A DNA stretch of 64,000 bases from an uncultured bacterium (GTDB taxonomy: Bacteria > Patescibacteriota > Minisyncoccia > Phycocordibacterales > UBA6065), in NCBI GenBank assembly GCA_966243015.1, contig CBIMES010000001.1, forward strand, positions 50,598 through 114,597. Direction: 5' to 3'. Under the pieces are notes generated by a model. That model was not told the origin of the DNA. It saw only the letters and a program-made list of their open reading frames with translations, and made no database searches. The first letter of the stretch is position 1. The number at the start of each line of letters is the position of its first letter. Both the position numbers and the translations under genes were made by a program. This document shows positions 18,701 through 25,150 of the stretch, piece after piece.

Positions 18701-21347
18701 CGCGGCAAATAGTAGTATAGGATTTTTTGTGGATGGATCGCAGAGGGTTATAATCGACCAGTCTGGTAATGTTGGCATTGGCACGACTACGCCTGGGGTA
18801 AAACTTGAAGTGGCGGGAGACGTGCGTATTCCGACGGGAAGTGTCGGCACGGCATCCTTGCGTTTCGGTGTCGATAACAACTCCGGTTTTTACCAGCCGT
18901 CTTCTGGCTCCATCGCTTGGACTTCAGGAAGCGTTGAAAGGTTCAGAATTACTAACACCGGAGAAGTTGGTATCGGTACCACGAGCCCGACGGCCCGTCT
19001 CCAGGTCGACGTCGTGGACAGCGATGCCTCGTCGTATACGGGTGACTTCGCCGTCGTTGGCTCGACCAATAAGGCCGTGGCTTTGGGTGTTAATTCGACG
19101 TACGGCTGGATGCAGTCTCATGGTAGCGTCCCTTTGGCTATTAACCCGAACGGAAACAATGTTGGAATCGGAAGCACCTCTCCGGCGCACCTTCTCTCGG
19201 TGAGCGGAAGCTCGGGCGGATGGATGGGCTTCAACTCTGCCGGCACGGGCGGCGGCGGATCGCCGACCCTTTCCCTCAGCGTGAGCCCGGCCTCGAACGC
19301 GAGCGCGGGAGCGTACCAGACCCTCAGGGGAAACCTCGAGGCGTGGGTTGACGTCATTGCCCAGAACAACGCATCGGGCCAGCGCCACATGAGGTTCGGT
19401 AACGGCCAGCCTACCAATACTTTCTCGGTGCAGGCGCTTAACGACGCGGGCAACACCATCCTGAGGACTCCGTTCTCGGTGCACAATCTTGCTCCGACCG
19501 CGTCTCTCTACGTTAGCTCGACGGGTAACGTGGGCGTGGGAACGTCGAGCCCTGCCGCGCCTCTCACCGTCTTCTCGACGGTGGCAAACAACGCTGCCGG
19601 TCAGGAAGTCCTCAGGCTCGGCGCGCCTCTTTCCGGAGGAATCCCCGGCTCTGGCCCTGCTATAGTGTTCGCGAACAACGCGGGAACCGTCGAGAACTTC
19701 AAGATCAGGTCGGGCGCAGACGCCTCGGGATCGGGAAGGGGTAACCTCACGTTCTCGGGCGGCGGCGCGACCCTCGCGACCCTTTCCGACCTCATGACCC
19801 TCTCCTATACCGGAAACCTCGGTATCGGCACGACCTCTCCGGCCGCGAAGCTCTCGGTCGTGGGCGAGACGCTTTCGAGCTGGTTCACCGCGACCTCGAC
19901 GACGGCGACCTCGTCGATCGCCGGAAGCTTCGACGTGGGCAACGGCGCCCTCAGGTACAACTACGGAACGGGCCTCACCTCGATCGACAACCTCCAGCTC
20001 GGCAACCTCAACTTCGAGGCCGACTCGGGCGTCGTCACCTGGGTCGACATGCCTGTGACCGCTGCGTCGGCTGCCGGCACCAAGCAGAGCTACACCGCCT
20101 CGATCAACGGCAACCCGCTCCTCACCGTCTACTCTGAGTCAGACGGCGCGGGCGGCATCCAGAACTCGGGCGTAGGCATCGGCACCTCCACGCCGCTCGC
20201 GAAGCTCGACATCTGGGGCAATTTCCGCGTGTCAACCTCGACTTCGGCCGCCTCGCCGCTTGTCTTCGCGAACACGGCTTCGGGAATGTTCGGTATCGGT
20301 ACCTCTTCTCCGACCGCGCAGCTTCACACGACGGGCACCGTCAGGTTCTCGAACTTCGGATCGGGTACTCTCACGACGGATGCGAGCGGAAACGTGTCGG
20401 TATCGTCTGACGAGCGGCTCAAGGACATCTCGGGTCGATTCAGCCGAGGCCTCGAGGACCTCAAGAAGATCAGCCCGATCCTCTACAAGTGGAACGCGAC
20501 GTCTGGTCTCGATATGGTCGAGCTCTACGCCGGATTCTCTGCCCAGAACGTCGAGACCGCGATTCCCGAGGCTGTCGGCGTCAATCCGAATGGCTTCCTC
20601 AGCCTCAACGACCGACCTATCCTCGCGGCCTCGGTCAACGCGATCAAGGAGCTCGCGCTCTCCGTCGCAAGCACGACCGAACGCGTGGCGGGAATCGAGA
20701 GCAGGGTAAGGAGCCTCGAGCTCACCCTGGCGACCGCCGGCGTTCCTGGGTTCGTGACCGCTACGACCTCGGCATCCTCGACGATCGAGACGGTTACGGG
20801 ATGGCTCGCGTCGCTCGGCGCTTCGATTGAGAACGCGGTCGCGCGATTCGTGACGGTCATTGCTGACGCAATCTCGACCAAGAAGCTCACTGTGGGCGAC
20901 ACGTCCAACCTCGCGGCGTCGGGCATCACTATCTTCGACCGATCGACCGGCCAGCCTGTGTGTATGTTCGTCGAGGGCGGCGTCATGAAGAGCGAGCCGG
21001 GGGAGTGCGGCGCGCAGAGCCAGCCTTCGACCCCAGAGCCTTCGCAGCAGGATCCTCAGCCGACCCAGCCTGAGCCGGCGCCCTCAGAGCCATCGGGCGA
21101 GACGGCCTCGACCACGCCGGAAGTGACCGGCTCTACGGGCACCACCACTCCTGAGATTGCCCCTGAGCCGACGGCAAGCACGACCCCCGAGGTAACGCCG
21201 GAGGCTCAGCCTGAGGTGCCTCAGGAAACCACCGGCCCAGAAGAGGTCGTCGCTTCAGAGACGGAGCCTGAGCAGGCCCCTGAAGCCCCAGAAACGCCCT
21301 CAGAGCCCGCTTCCGAGCCCGAGCCGACTCCCGTAGCAACCGAGTAA
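12711..21347 (+). CDS. giant (2878 aa) membrane-anchored surface fibre/adhesin-like protein with HTH_17-like N-terminus, TM helix, beta-helix-like repeats, C-terminal peptidase S74 domain and Pro/Thr-rich tail
   Basis: Single uninterrupted ORF. Domain calls are given in the sub-features below. Confidence 0.8.
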   Translation: MSSDLFFEGKKFISSRRAADLCAYTQDYVGQLIRSGKLEAKMVGRNWFVAEESILAYKRLADESSKTLFQKTDEAISASRDASEHEAVEAVEVPVAAKAPDPVIPEVVSPVPAVREEAYVGLVYTYDERSSLPELKKTSVQPVAKAVVEPAVPETVEEVVPEPVAGVVSPFIYEESIEGLGGDFGMIDIGRKALAAALSLSLVLGSYYMADAERSRSFLSSTEAVGSRMSLAVTDTFAKLAASVGVVKEAYLAAVHNAGVYAVEGVVAFVGAAEDVVSLYGDAVETVGRRSSDASDVLASVSIPDTARTIAAQIRVEGIGSASLAAASTAGGSLVSGLESVAVGVYEAINPIFSRTSSFLAGLFAPKDTVLVIDTPAPIAPQPEPQREAVAVVASPVVVTQPAQPVTQVNNTYYQTSGLSAADVTALVKSATADLEAQVAQAQLDALRANENARNAADRGSRYDLDRITIRRSEIKDSRMTGSTIADSRIENSTLVNANLTGTTTAGLIAADSITANSITFSNSNIQNSTTTNATSTNLFASAFAADRLQVAGSTGVTITSSGLVGIGTSTPEAQLAIAQITNGLPMLSARRVTDVAPSGDFINYRSADGGTVLFRVDNSGNLLAGGIITTGSYTVTSTSTPQFRVQYDGSAEMTTMVASTGAAVIAVNGSNPSVSFVPQSNGTSTFAVTDASLAPIVSVNTIDKSATVTNLIASTGVVAGLSSTYSTSTNATSTNFFSANFVAVNSLSDNATTTNLSAATVSAGDIVATGSLAVTGQTTLGGVVLVNSTTTNAVGTNLAFVNSTSTNLYAQSLASDDSVLGNATSTNFFSTFGRLLTGTIDSLSSTIASIGDLFANTLVVTNSTTTNATTTNLYAQSLVAGTSTFAALNASGQVVVGTTTGSSYIGWGGYGYDAALTVEGGAKIVSNTGETLIQNTTNYPVHDDTTLFRNNVLAIQNTGVTATNRKLPSAIRFLDETGAEMGAIGYSNDNVWAPFAESFFISASQPYYPGTPAQAPTRFALLQEGLYQSVARYAPRLEFTTDWTTNFKDPLGNTNLSISPSGTSTFRYSLTSQVSSSTVLTVHNTGGSFNTSSAPLSSYAGSFTSASTRSAGSNALTNVGIYASASGAQNNYAAIFDQGNVGIGTSTPNRALSVVGDIDFTGSLRTGGVARINSGGVFIAANGTVGNPGYNFSGDTGSDTGMYRVAEDTIGFSTAGVNRLTIGNTGNIGVGTTSPTARVSTVFSSNSTSNAINLSPSNDGNRALWLDGNMINVSTVVSSYSQTANSLPLFIQPYWSNFQTGLTVGTTTNQTAVNTAMIVYGSNASSATTSRTFATRNGDNTETFTVLNSGNIGIGTTSPSTRLTVHETGSLAAARLLNASNAFDTLQLQSTISNGYSSIGFLNTSGNSMGGFGYANTGVAGSLQDKVYFYSVSKDMVFSTNNGSTGMLTLNTAGNLGIGSTTPLSTLSVTGSGTTRPFTVASSTGNALFSVGIDGSSTSTGTSTAASFVSTSVIATSSIMGSLHVGGLSNTTARLYSSGAIQFINGTDPGLYGALWSPNSGDFAANMAGPQLAFYTGGNNARIERLRIDSAGNVGIGTTSPTQLLTLYKSGGDAYTQYASSNTGSAATDGFHVGVGTAGEAFLNNRESTSMLFRTAGVSRMVIDSGGNVGIGTTTPLTKLDIVSNISDRIRMTGSSSDTNPVNGSWGGAMYLSNSDTTSGNYNGVLFANATPAWTSGIFGINTTHANRTGELSFFTWNAGVGSEKMRITPAGNVGIGTTSPASLLAVSGKGTFGTSDAVTPQLEVIGGTSGAGMIRLNRAGTGTVFDWALTGGGLAFNDVSGASGATVVNIFGASGLNELYVGQASKTIVDTRASLISGTTFGSSAGTDVAAQNLTLRSGLGTGAGVPGDLVFQTGTVLASGSTAQSGSARLTIKATTGNVGIGTTTPQKLLHLYGDPTTARLRMQSNTALNSVYAEMATDASTGSFNLLADHSAGAANSSIGFFVDGSQRVIIDQSGNVGIGTTTPGVKLEVAGDVRIPTGSVGTASLRFGVDNNSGFYQPSSGSIAWTSGSVERFRITNTGEVGIGTTSPTARLQVDVVDSDASSYTGDFAVVGSTNKAVALGVNSTYGWMQSHGSVPLAINPNGNNVGIGSTSPAHLLSVSGSSGGWMGFNSAGTGGGGSPTLSLSVSPASNASAGAYQTLRGNLEAWVDVIAQNNASGQRHMRFGNGQPTNTFSVQALNDAGNTILRTPFSVHNLAPTASLYVSSTGNVGVGTSSPAAPLTVFSTVANNAAGQEVLRLGAPLSGGIPGSGPAIVFANNAGTVENFKIRSGADASGSGRGNLTFSGGGATLATLSDLMTLSYTGNLGIGTTSPAAKLSVVGETLSSWFTATSTTATSSIAGSFDVGNGALRYNYGTGLTSIDNLQLGNLNFEADSGVVTWVDMPVTAASAAGTKQSYTASINGNPLLTVYSESDGAGGIQNSGVGIGTSTPLAKLDIWGNFRVSTSTSAASPLVFANTASGMFGIGTSSPTAQLHTTGTVRFSNFGSGTLTTDASGNVSVSSDERLKDISGRFSRGLEDLKKISPILYKWNATSGLDMVELYAGFSAQNVETAIPEAVGVNPNGFLSLNDRPILAASVNAIKELALSVASTTERVAGIESRVRSLELTLATAGVPGFVTATTSASSTIETVTGWLASLGASIENAVARFVTVIADAISTKKLTVGDTSNLAASGITIFDRSTGQPVCMFVEGGVMKSEPGECGAQSQPSTPEPSQQDPQPTQPEPAPSEPSGETASTTPEVTGSTGTTTPEIAPEPTASTTPEVTPEAQPEVPQETTGPEEVVASETEPEQAPEAPETPSEPASEPEPTPVATE
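12744..12887 (+). other. HTH_17 / excisionase-MerR-like helix-turn-helix domain at N-terminus of the giant protein
   Basis: FISSRRAADLCAYTQDYVGQLIRSGKLEAKMVGRNWFV fits the LLTVKEAAELLGVS..TIYRLI..GKLPA.KIGRRW pattern. Confidence 0.5.
14397..20340 (+). repeat. about sixteen divergent protein-level repeats with motif [NV]-[VL]-G-[IV]-G-T-[ST]-[ST]-P-x(2,3)-[KR/Q]-L-x-[VIL], plus TTTNATSTN[LF][FY] motifs, inside the giant ORF
   Basis: Examples: NVGIGTSTPNRALSV, NIGVGTTSPTARVST, NVGIGTTTPQKLLHL, NLGIGTTSPAAKLSV. Periodicity is about 55-130 aa. Confidence 0.7.
20406..20750 (+). other. peptidase S74 / intramolecular chaperone auto-processing domain (phage tail-fibre / endosialidase type)
   Basis: SSDERLKDISGRFSRGLEDLKKISPILYKWN matches the S-D-x-R-L-K-x-[NI] start and YxY core of the domain. 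Confidence 0.6.
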
Positions 21348-21359
21348 TGAAAATCGTCC

Positions 21360-21902
21360 ATGAGCCATACAAAAAGAAACAAGAAATCGACCGTTTCCGC
21401 AGTCATCGTCGCCCTCGTGGTCCTGGCCGCCCTCGCCGCGTATCTTTTCGTCGGGCAGGGGACTGCCTCCAGGGAGGCATCGGGAACCGAGGCGAGAAAG
21501 GAGTCTAAAGCGTTTGAGTACCGCAAGACGGGCCTCTCGTTCTCGCACGACTCTGAACATACGGTTCGGGTCGTGTCTGATCAAGGGATCGATACGATTG
21601 TGGTCCAGTCGGAGTCTGACACGTCCAAGGGCCTTCAGATTTCCGTCCTGCCGTACGAGGACGATCCGTCGACTCTCACGTTCCAGAAGATCATGTCCGA
21701 CATACCCGACATGAAGGTCGAGAGGCCTCAGGTCGGCACTCTGCCGTTCGGCTCACAAGCCCTCTCGTTCGAGACGGGCGACGGAGCTTTGCGCACAAGG
21801 GAAGTGTGGTTCGCTCGTGCGGGCTACGTGTATCAGATGAGCGCGCCGATTGGCTCGTCCGGGCTGATTGAGTCGACCATAGCGTCCATGTCATTTGAGT
21901 AA
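21360..21902 (+). CDS. hypothetical membrane-anchored/secreted protein
   Basis: N-terminal signal anchor (VSAVIVALVVLAALAAYLF); lies between the giant gene and the LamG gene. Confidence 0.55.
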   Translation: MSHTKRNKKSTVSAVIVALVVLAALAAYLFVGQGTASREASGTEARKESKAFEYRKTGLSFSHDSEHTVRVVSDQGIDTIVVQSESDTSKGLQISVLPYEDDPSTLTFQKIMSDIPDMKVERPQVGTLPFGSQALSFETGDGALRTREVWFARAGYVYQMSAPIGSSGLIESTIASMSFE

Positions 21903-24117
21903 TATGAGGAAACTATTATTCACAGCGCTTCTCGCGATCGCGGCATTCACGATACTCTCGGGAGATGCTCTTGCCGCGACGCTCGTCAGGCCGGCGAACA
22001 ACCTGGGGCTTGTGGGATGGTGGACCCTTGATCAGGGTACGTCGACGCGAGCGACGGATTCCTCGGGCTACGGGAACAATGGCACGCTTTTTAACTTTGC
22101 CGCCCCCGCAACTGTCTCGAGCGGATGGACGACGTACGGCAAGAGGGGAGGCGCGATGCTCTTTGACGGTACGAACGACACTATCCAGGTGCCTCATGGC
22201 GCCTCGATGAAGCCGTCCTCGACCATGACCGTGTCGGCGTGGGTCAAGCCAGACGTCGGATCGCTCTCGAGCGCCATACGCGAAATCTACAGGAAGGAGG
22301 ATGCCCAAAGGCACCTTTTCTCCTTTCAGATGCCGGCAGGTCAATGCGCGACGGGTACGGGTGTCTCAACGTGCATTTCCTTCGGCATAGTCGTCGGGGG
22401 CACGTACTCTGAGTTTGACGTCCCGATTACTGCGTCAGATTTCGAGGGCAGGTGGCGACTCGTCACTGCGGTGTATGATGGTACGAACAGGTATATGTAC
22501 TTCGACGGCGTACTTGCATCGAGCACGCCCACCACGGGAGCCATCGGCACATCGGGAACCAATTCCGCGTATATAGGTTCGAACGGCGGAGGTGGCGAGT
22601 GGTTTAAGGGGGCAATTGATGATCTCCGCGTCTACAGCAGGGCCCTTTCCGCATCGGAGGTTGAGGCGTTGTACTCGACGGGAGCCGTCACGAGAAAGAC
22701 GGCAAACAACACAGACCTCTTTGGTTCGTGGACCTTCGACGAGGGAACCTCGACTGTCGCACACGACTTTTCGGGCAATGGCAGGAATGGAACGCTCAAC
22801 GGTTTCCCTGCGGTGTCTACCGTGTCGAGCGGCTGGGCCTTGGGGAAGAGGGGGAACGGACTGGTCTTTGACGGAACCAACGATTACGTTGAGGTTGCCA
22901 ACACGCTCTCTGATATAGGCACCGGATCGTTTACCTCGGCGGCATGGTTCAGGGCGTCGAACACAGGTATCACTTGGAAGCGCGTCATGCACACGGGCTG
23001 TGTCGCCTATACCAACGGCATGTTTATGGCCCGTTGGAACGCAAGCGGCCAGATGGCCGCAGCCGTATGCAACGGATCGGCAGCGGCTAACAGCTTCGTG
23101 CCCGTGACAACGGCAACCTATCTCGACGGCAGGTGGCATCACATGGCGTTCGTCGTTGACCGCGTCGCCGGTACGGCACGGATCTACATTGATGGTGTCA
23201 ACGTGACGATTCAGAAAAATATCTCTGGCACGGAATGCGGCACGCTTTCCGGTGACTCTCTGTATCTCGATATCTCGGCGTGCCCGTCGGCAACCGTGGC
23301 CGGCGGTAACCTCCGCCTCGGTGCGAACTCGACGGGAGGCGAGAGGTGGGACGGATTAATCGACGATGCCAAGCTCTATTCGAGAGCCCTCTCTGCCTCT
23401 GAGATTTCAGGTCTCTATTCCCAGGGGGCGGCGACCATCGGCGTTACCACCGACAAGGTGTCGAGCGGCTTGGTCGGGTATTGGTCGTTCAATGGAAAGG
23501 ATATGGACTGGTCATCTAACACCGCCTATGACAGGTCTGGGTACGGTATTAACGGCATTGGTACCGCGCAGCTCTCGGCGACAACGTCGCCCGTGGCTGG
23601 CAGGGTTGGGCAGGCACTCTCTTTCACGGGGGCAAACGGCCTGGACATGCCTGTCACCACGGGCTCAATAGGGGCTCTCACGAACGCCATATCCATGTCT
23701 CTGTGGGTTAAGAGGGGCGACGACGGAACCTTCAGGAATATCGCGGGCGTGACCAAGGACGATTCGACTACGTCTTATTCCTGGGGTTTCAGGGTTAACA
23801 ACACTAACAATGTCTTCTTCGACGTGTTTGTTTCTGGGTTCAGGCTTCAGGTCGGAGACCCTTCGGTCGTGCCTGTCGGCACGTGGGCGCACTACACGTT
23901 CACTTGGGACGGTGCAAACCTTATCCTATATAAGAACGGAGTCCTTACGAGCTCAACCACGAGGTCGGGTACGCTCGATCCGTATAACACCAAACAGTTC
24001 GGCATATCAAACACAGGCGGTTATTCGCGCTTCGTCGGCTCGATCGATGAGGTAAGGGTCTACAACAGGGCCCTCTCCGCGGCCGAGGCAAAGCAGCTCT
24101 ATCTCATGGGCAAATAG
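21895..24117 (+). CDS. secreted protein with four LamG-like (concanavalin A-like lectin/glucanase, Laminin_G_3) repeats
   Basis: Signal peptide, then four repeats each ending in D[DE]x[RK][VL]Y[SN]RALSAxE[VIA]xxLY. Confidence 0.8.
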   Translation: MSNMRKLLFTALLAIAAFTILSGDALAATLVRPANNLGLVGWWTLDQGTSTRATDSSGYGNNGTLFNFAAPATVSSGWTTYGKRGGAMLFDGTNDTIQVPHGASMKPSSTMTVSAWVKPDVGSLSSAIREIYRKEDAQRHLFSFQMPAGQCATGTGVSTCISFGIVVGGTYSEFDVPITASDFEGRWRLVTAVYDGTNRYMYFDGVLASSTPTTGAIGTSGTNSAYIGSNGGGGEWFKGAIDDLRVYSRALSASEVEALYSTGAVTRKTANNTDLFGSWTFDEGTSTVAHDFSGNGRNGTLNGFPAVSTVSSGWALGKRGNGLVFDGTNDYVEVANTLSDIGTGSFTSAAWFRASNTGITWKRVMHTGCVAYTNGMFMARWNASGQMAAAVCNGSAAANSFVPVTTATYLDGRWHHMAFVVDRVAGTARIYIDGVNVTIQKNISGTECGTLSGDSLYLDISACPSATVAGGNLRLGANSTGGERWDGLIDDAKLYSRALSASEISGLYSQGAATIGVTTDKVSSGLVGYWSFNGKDMDWSSNTAYDRSGYGINGIGTAQLSATTSPVAGRVGQALSFTGANGLDMPVTTGSIGALTNAISMSLWVKRGDDGTFRNIAGVTKDDSTTSYSWGFRVNNTNNVFFDVFVSGFRLQVGDPSVVPVGTWAHYTFTWDGANLILYKNGVLTSSTTRSGTLDPYNTKQFGISNTGGYSRFVGSIDEVRVYNRALSAAEAKQLYLMGK

Positions 24118-24136
24118 CGATATATAATTACAGCAT

Positions 24137-24355
24137 ATGACACCAGAACAAGAGCAGATTTTGAGGGAGGTTAAGCAGCTCGCGGAGGAGAACGCCGAGA
24201 CACTGAGGGTCATCAGGCGCTCGTATAGGATCGGCAACATCATGAGGGTTGTCTACTGGGTTTTCCTCATCGGCCTCTCGCTCGGCGCGCTCTATTTCAT
24301 CCAGCCGTACGTCGATACCGCAAAGGACGCGTACAGCGAACTCCTCTCTTTCTAA
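24137..24355 (+). CDS. small membrane protein (72 aa, C-terminal TM)
   Basis: TATATAAT lies 6 nt upstream of the ATG; coiled N-terminus plus TM (VVYWVFLIGLSLGALYFI); followed by element E1. Confidence 0.5.
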   Translation: MTPEQEQILREVKQLAEENAETLRVIRRSYRIGNIMRVVYWVFLIGLSLGALYFIQPYVDTAKDAYSELLSF

Positions 24356-24360
24356 TTAAT

Positions 24361-24467
24361 CACACAAAGCAAAAGTCCTCAGGAAACTAGCGAGCGCGAC
24401 CGGCGCGAGCTCGAGGAATTTCCCAGCAGGGAAATATCCGTGTTCCTGAGGACTTTTGCTTTGTGTG
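24361..24467. repeat. palindromic element E1: 25-bp perfect inverted repeat (CACACAAAGCAAAAGTCCTCAGGAA / TTCCTGAGGACTTTTGCTTTGTGTG) enclosing a 57-nt core
   Basis: Core ACTAGCGAGCGCGACCGGCGCGAGCTCGAGGAATTTCCCAGCAGGGAAATATCCGTG is 100% identical to E2. It abuts the 3' end of tRNA-Phe. A-tract/T-tract flanks give bidirectional-terminator geometry. Confidence 0.75.
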
Positions 24468-24538
24468 CTTGGACCCAGGTTCGAACTGGGGACCCTTCCC
24501 TCTTCAGGGGAATGCTCTACCAACTGAGCTATCCAAGC
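24466..24538 (-). tRNA. tRNA-Phe (anticodon GAA)
   Basis: Manual fold: acceptor GCTTGGA/TCCAAGC, D arm GCTC-AGTTGGTA-GAGC, anticodon loop CTGAAGA, T arm CCCAG-TTCGAAC-CTGGG, discriminator A. Confidence 0.9.
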
Positions 24539-24594
24539 GGTTCATATAATCTAAGGCTTTTTCGCCCAAATCGCAAGGGTCTCGATTAAACGGA

Positions 24595-24694
24595 ATAAGA
24601 AAAGGCCTTTGGAAGACTAGCGAGCGCGACCGGCGCGAGCTCGAGGAATTTCCCAGCAGGGAAATATCCGTGCTTCCAAAGGCCTTTTGCTTAT
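24595..24694. repeat. palindromic element E2: about 21-bp inverted repeat (ATAAGAAAAGGCCTTTGGAAG / CTTCCAAAGGCCTTTTGCTTAT) enclosing the same 57-nt core as E1
   Basis: Same core as E1. The stems differ from E1 at three positions, each with a compensating change in the partner arm. The right arm overlaps the hsp20 stop codon (24691-24693). Confidence 0.75.
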
Positions 24695-25149
24695 GAAGAC
24701 TTTACTCGGAGCTTGCTCTGCTTTGACTTGTCTATCTTCGGGAGGCGGATGGTGAGGAGTCCGTGCTTCTCGGTCGCCTCGGCGTCCTCGACCTCGATTT
24801 CCTCGGGGAGCATGACGGTTCGGGAGAATGAGCCCCAGTAGAGCTCGCGGTGGAAGTAGTTGCCGTCGCTCGTCTCCTCTGACTCCTCGCGCTTGCCCTT
24901 GATGGTCACCATGTCTCGGGTGATATTCACGTCGAGGTCCTCTGGTCGCACGCCCGCCACCATGGTCTTGATGACGATCTCCTCGGGCGTCTGGAACACG
25001 TCGACGGTGAGCTGACCCTCGGTCTCGGTTTCCTCGAGGAGGCCGTTGTGAATCTCGCCCGGCTGGGTGTCGAAGTCAGTGTCCGCCTCGTCCTCAATCT
25101 TGACGGTGCCGGTCAGACGCTCAAAGAACGATTTTTTTGATGGGTGCAT
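24691..25149 (-). CDS. Hsp20/alpha-crystallin family small heat-shock protein
   Basis: Alpha-crystallin domain blocks (VDVFQTPEEIVIKTMVAGV.., GLLTIRLPK). Confidence 0.85.
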   Translation of the reverse strand: MHPSKKSFFERLTGTVKIEDEADTDFDTQPGEIHNGLLEETETEGQLTVDVFQTPEEIVIKTMVAGVRPEDLDVNITRDMVTIKGKREESEETSDGNYFHRELYWGSFSRTVMLPEEIEVEDAEATEKHGLLTIRLPKIDKSKQSKLRVKSS

Positions 25150-25150
25150 A

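Noticed and set aside
24361-24694. Interpreting E1/E2 as simple target-site duplications or att sites of an integrated element carrying tRNA-Phe
   Set aside because: No integrase or recombinase gene is nearby. Related copies occur at ftsZ and lepB, unconnected to tRNAs, which argues for a dispersed repeat family rather than an integration scar.
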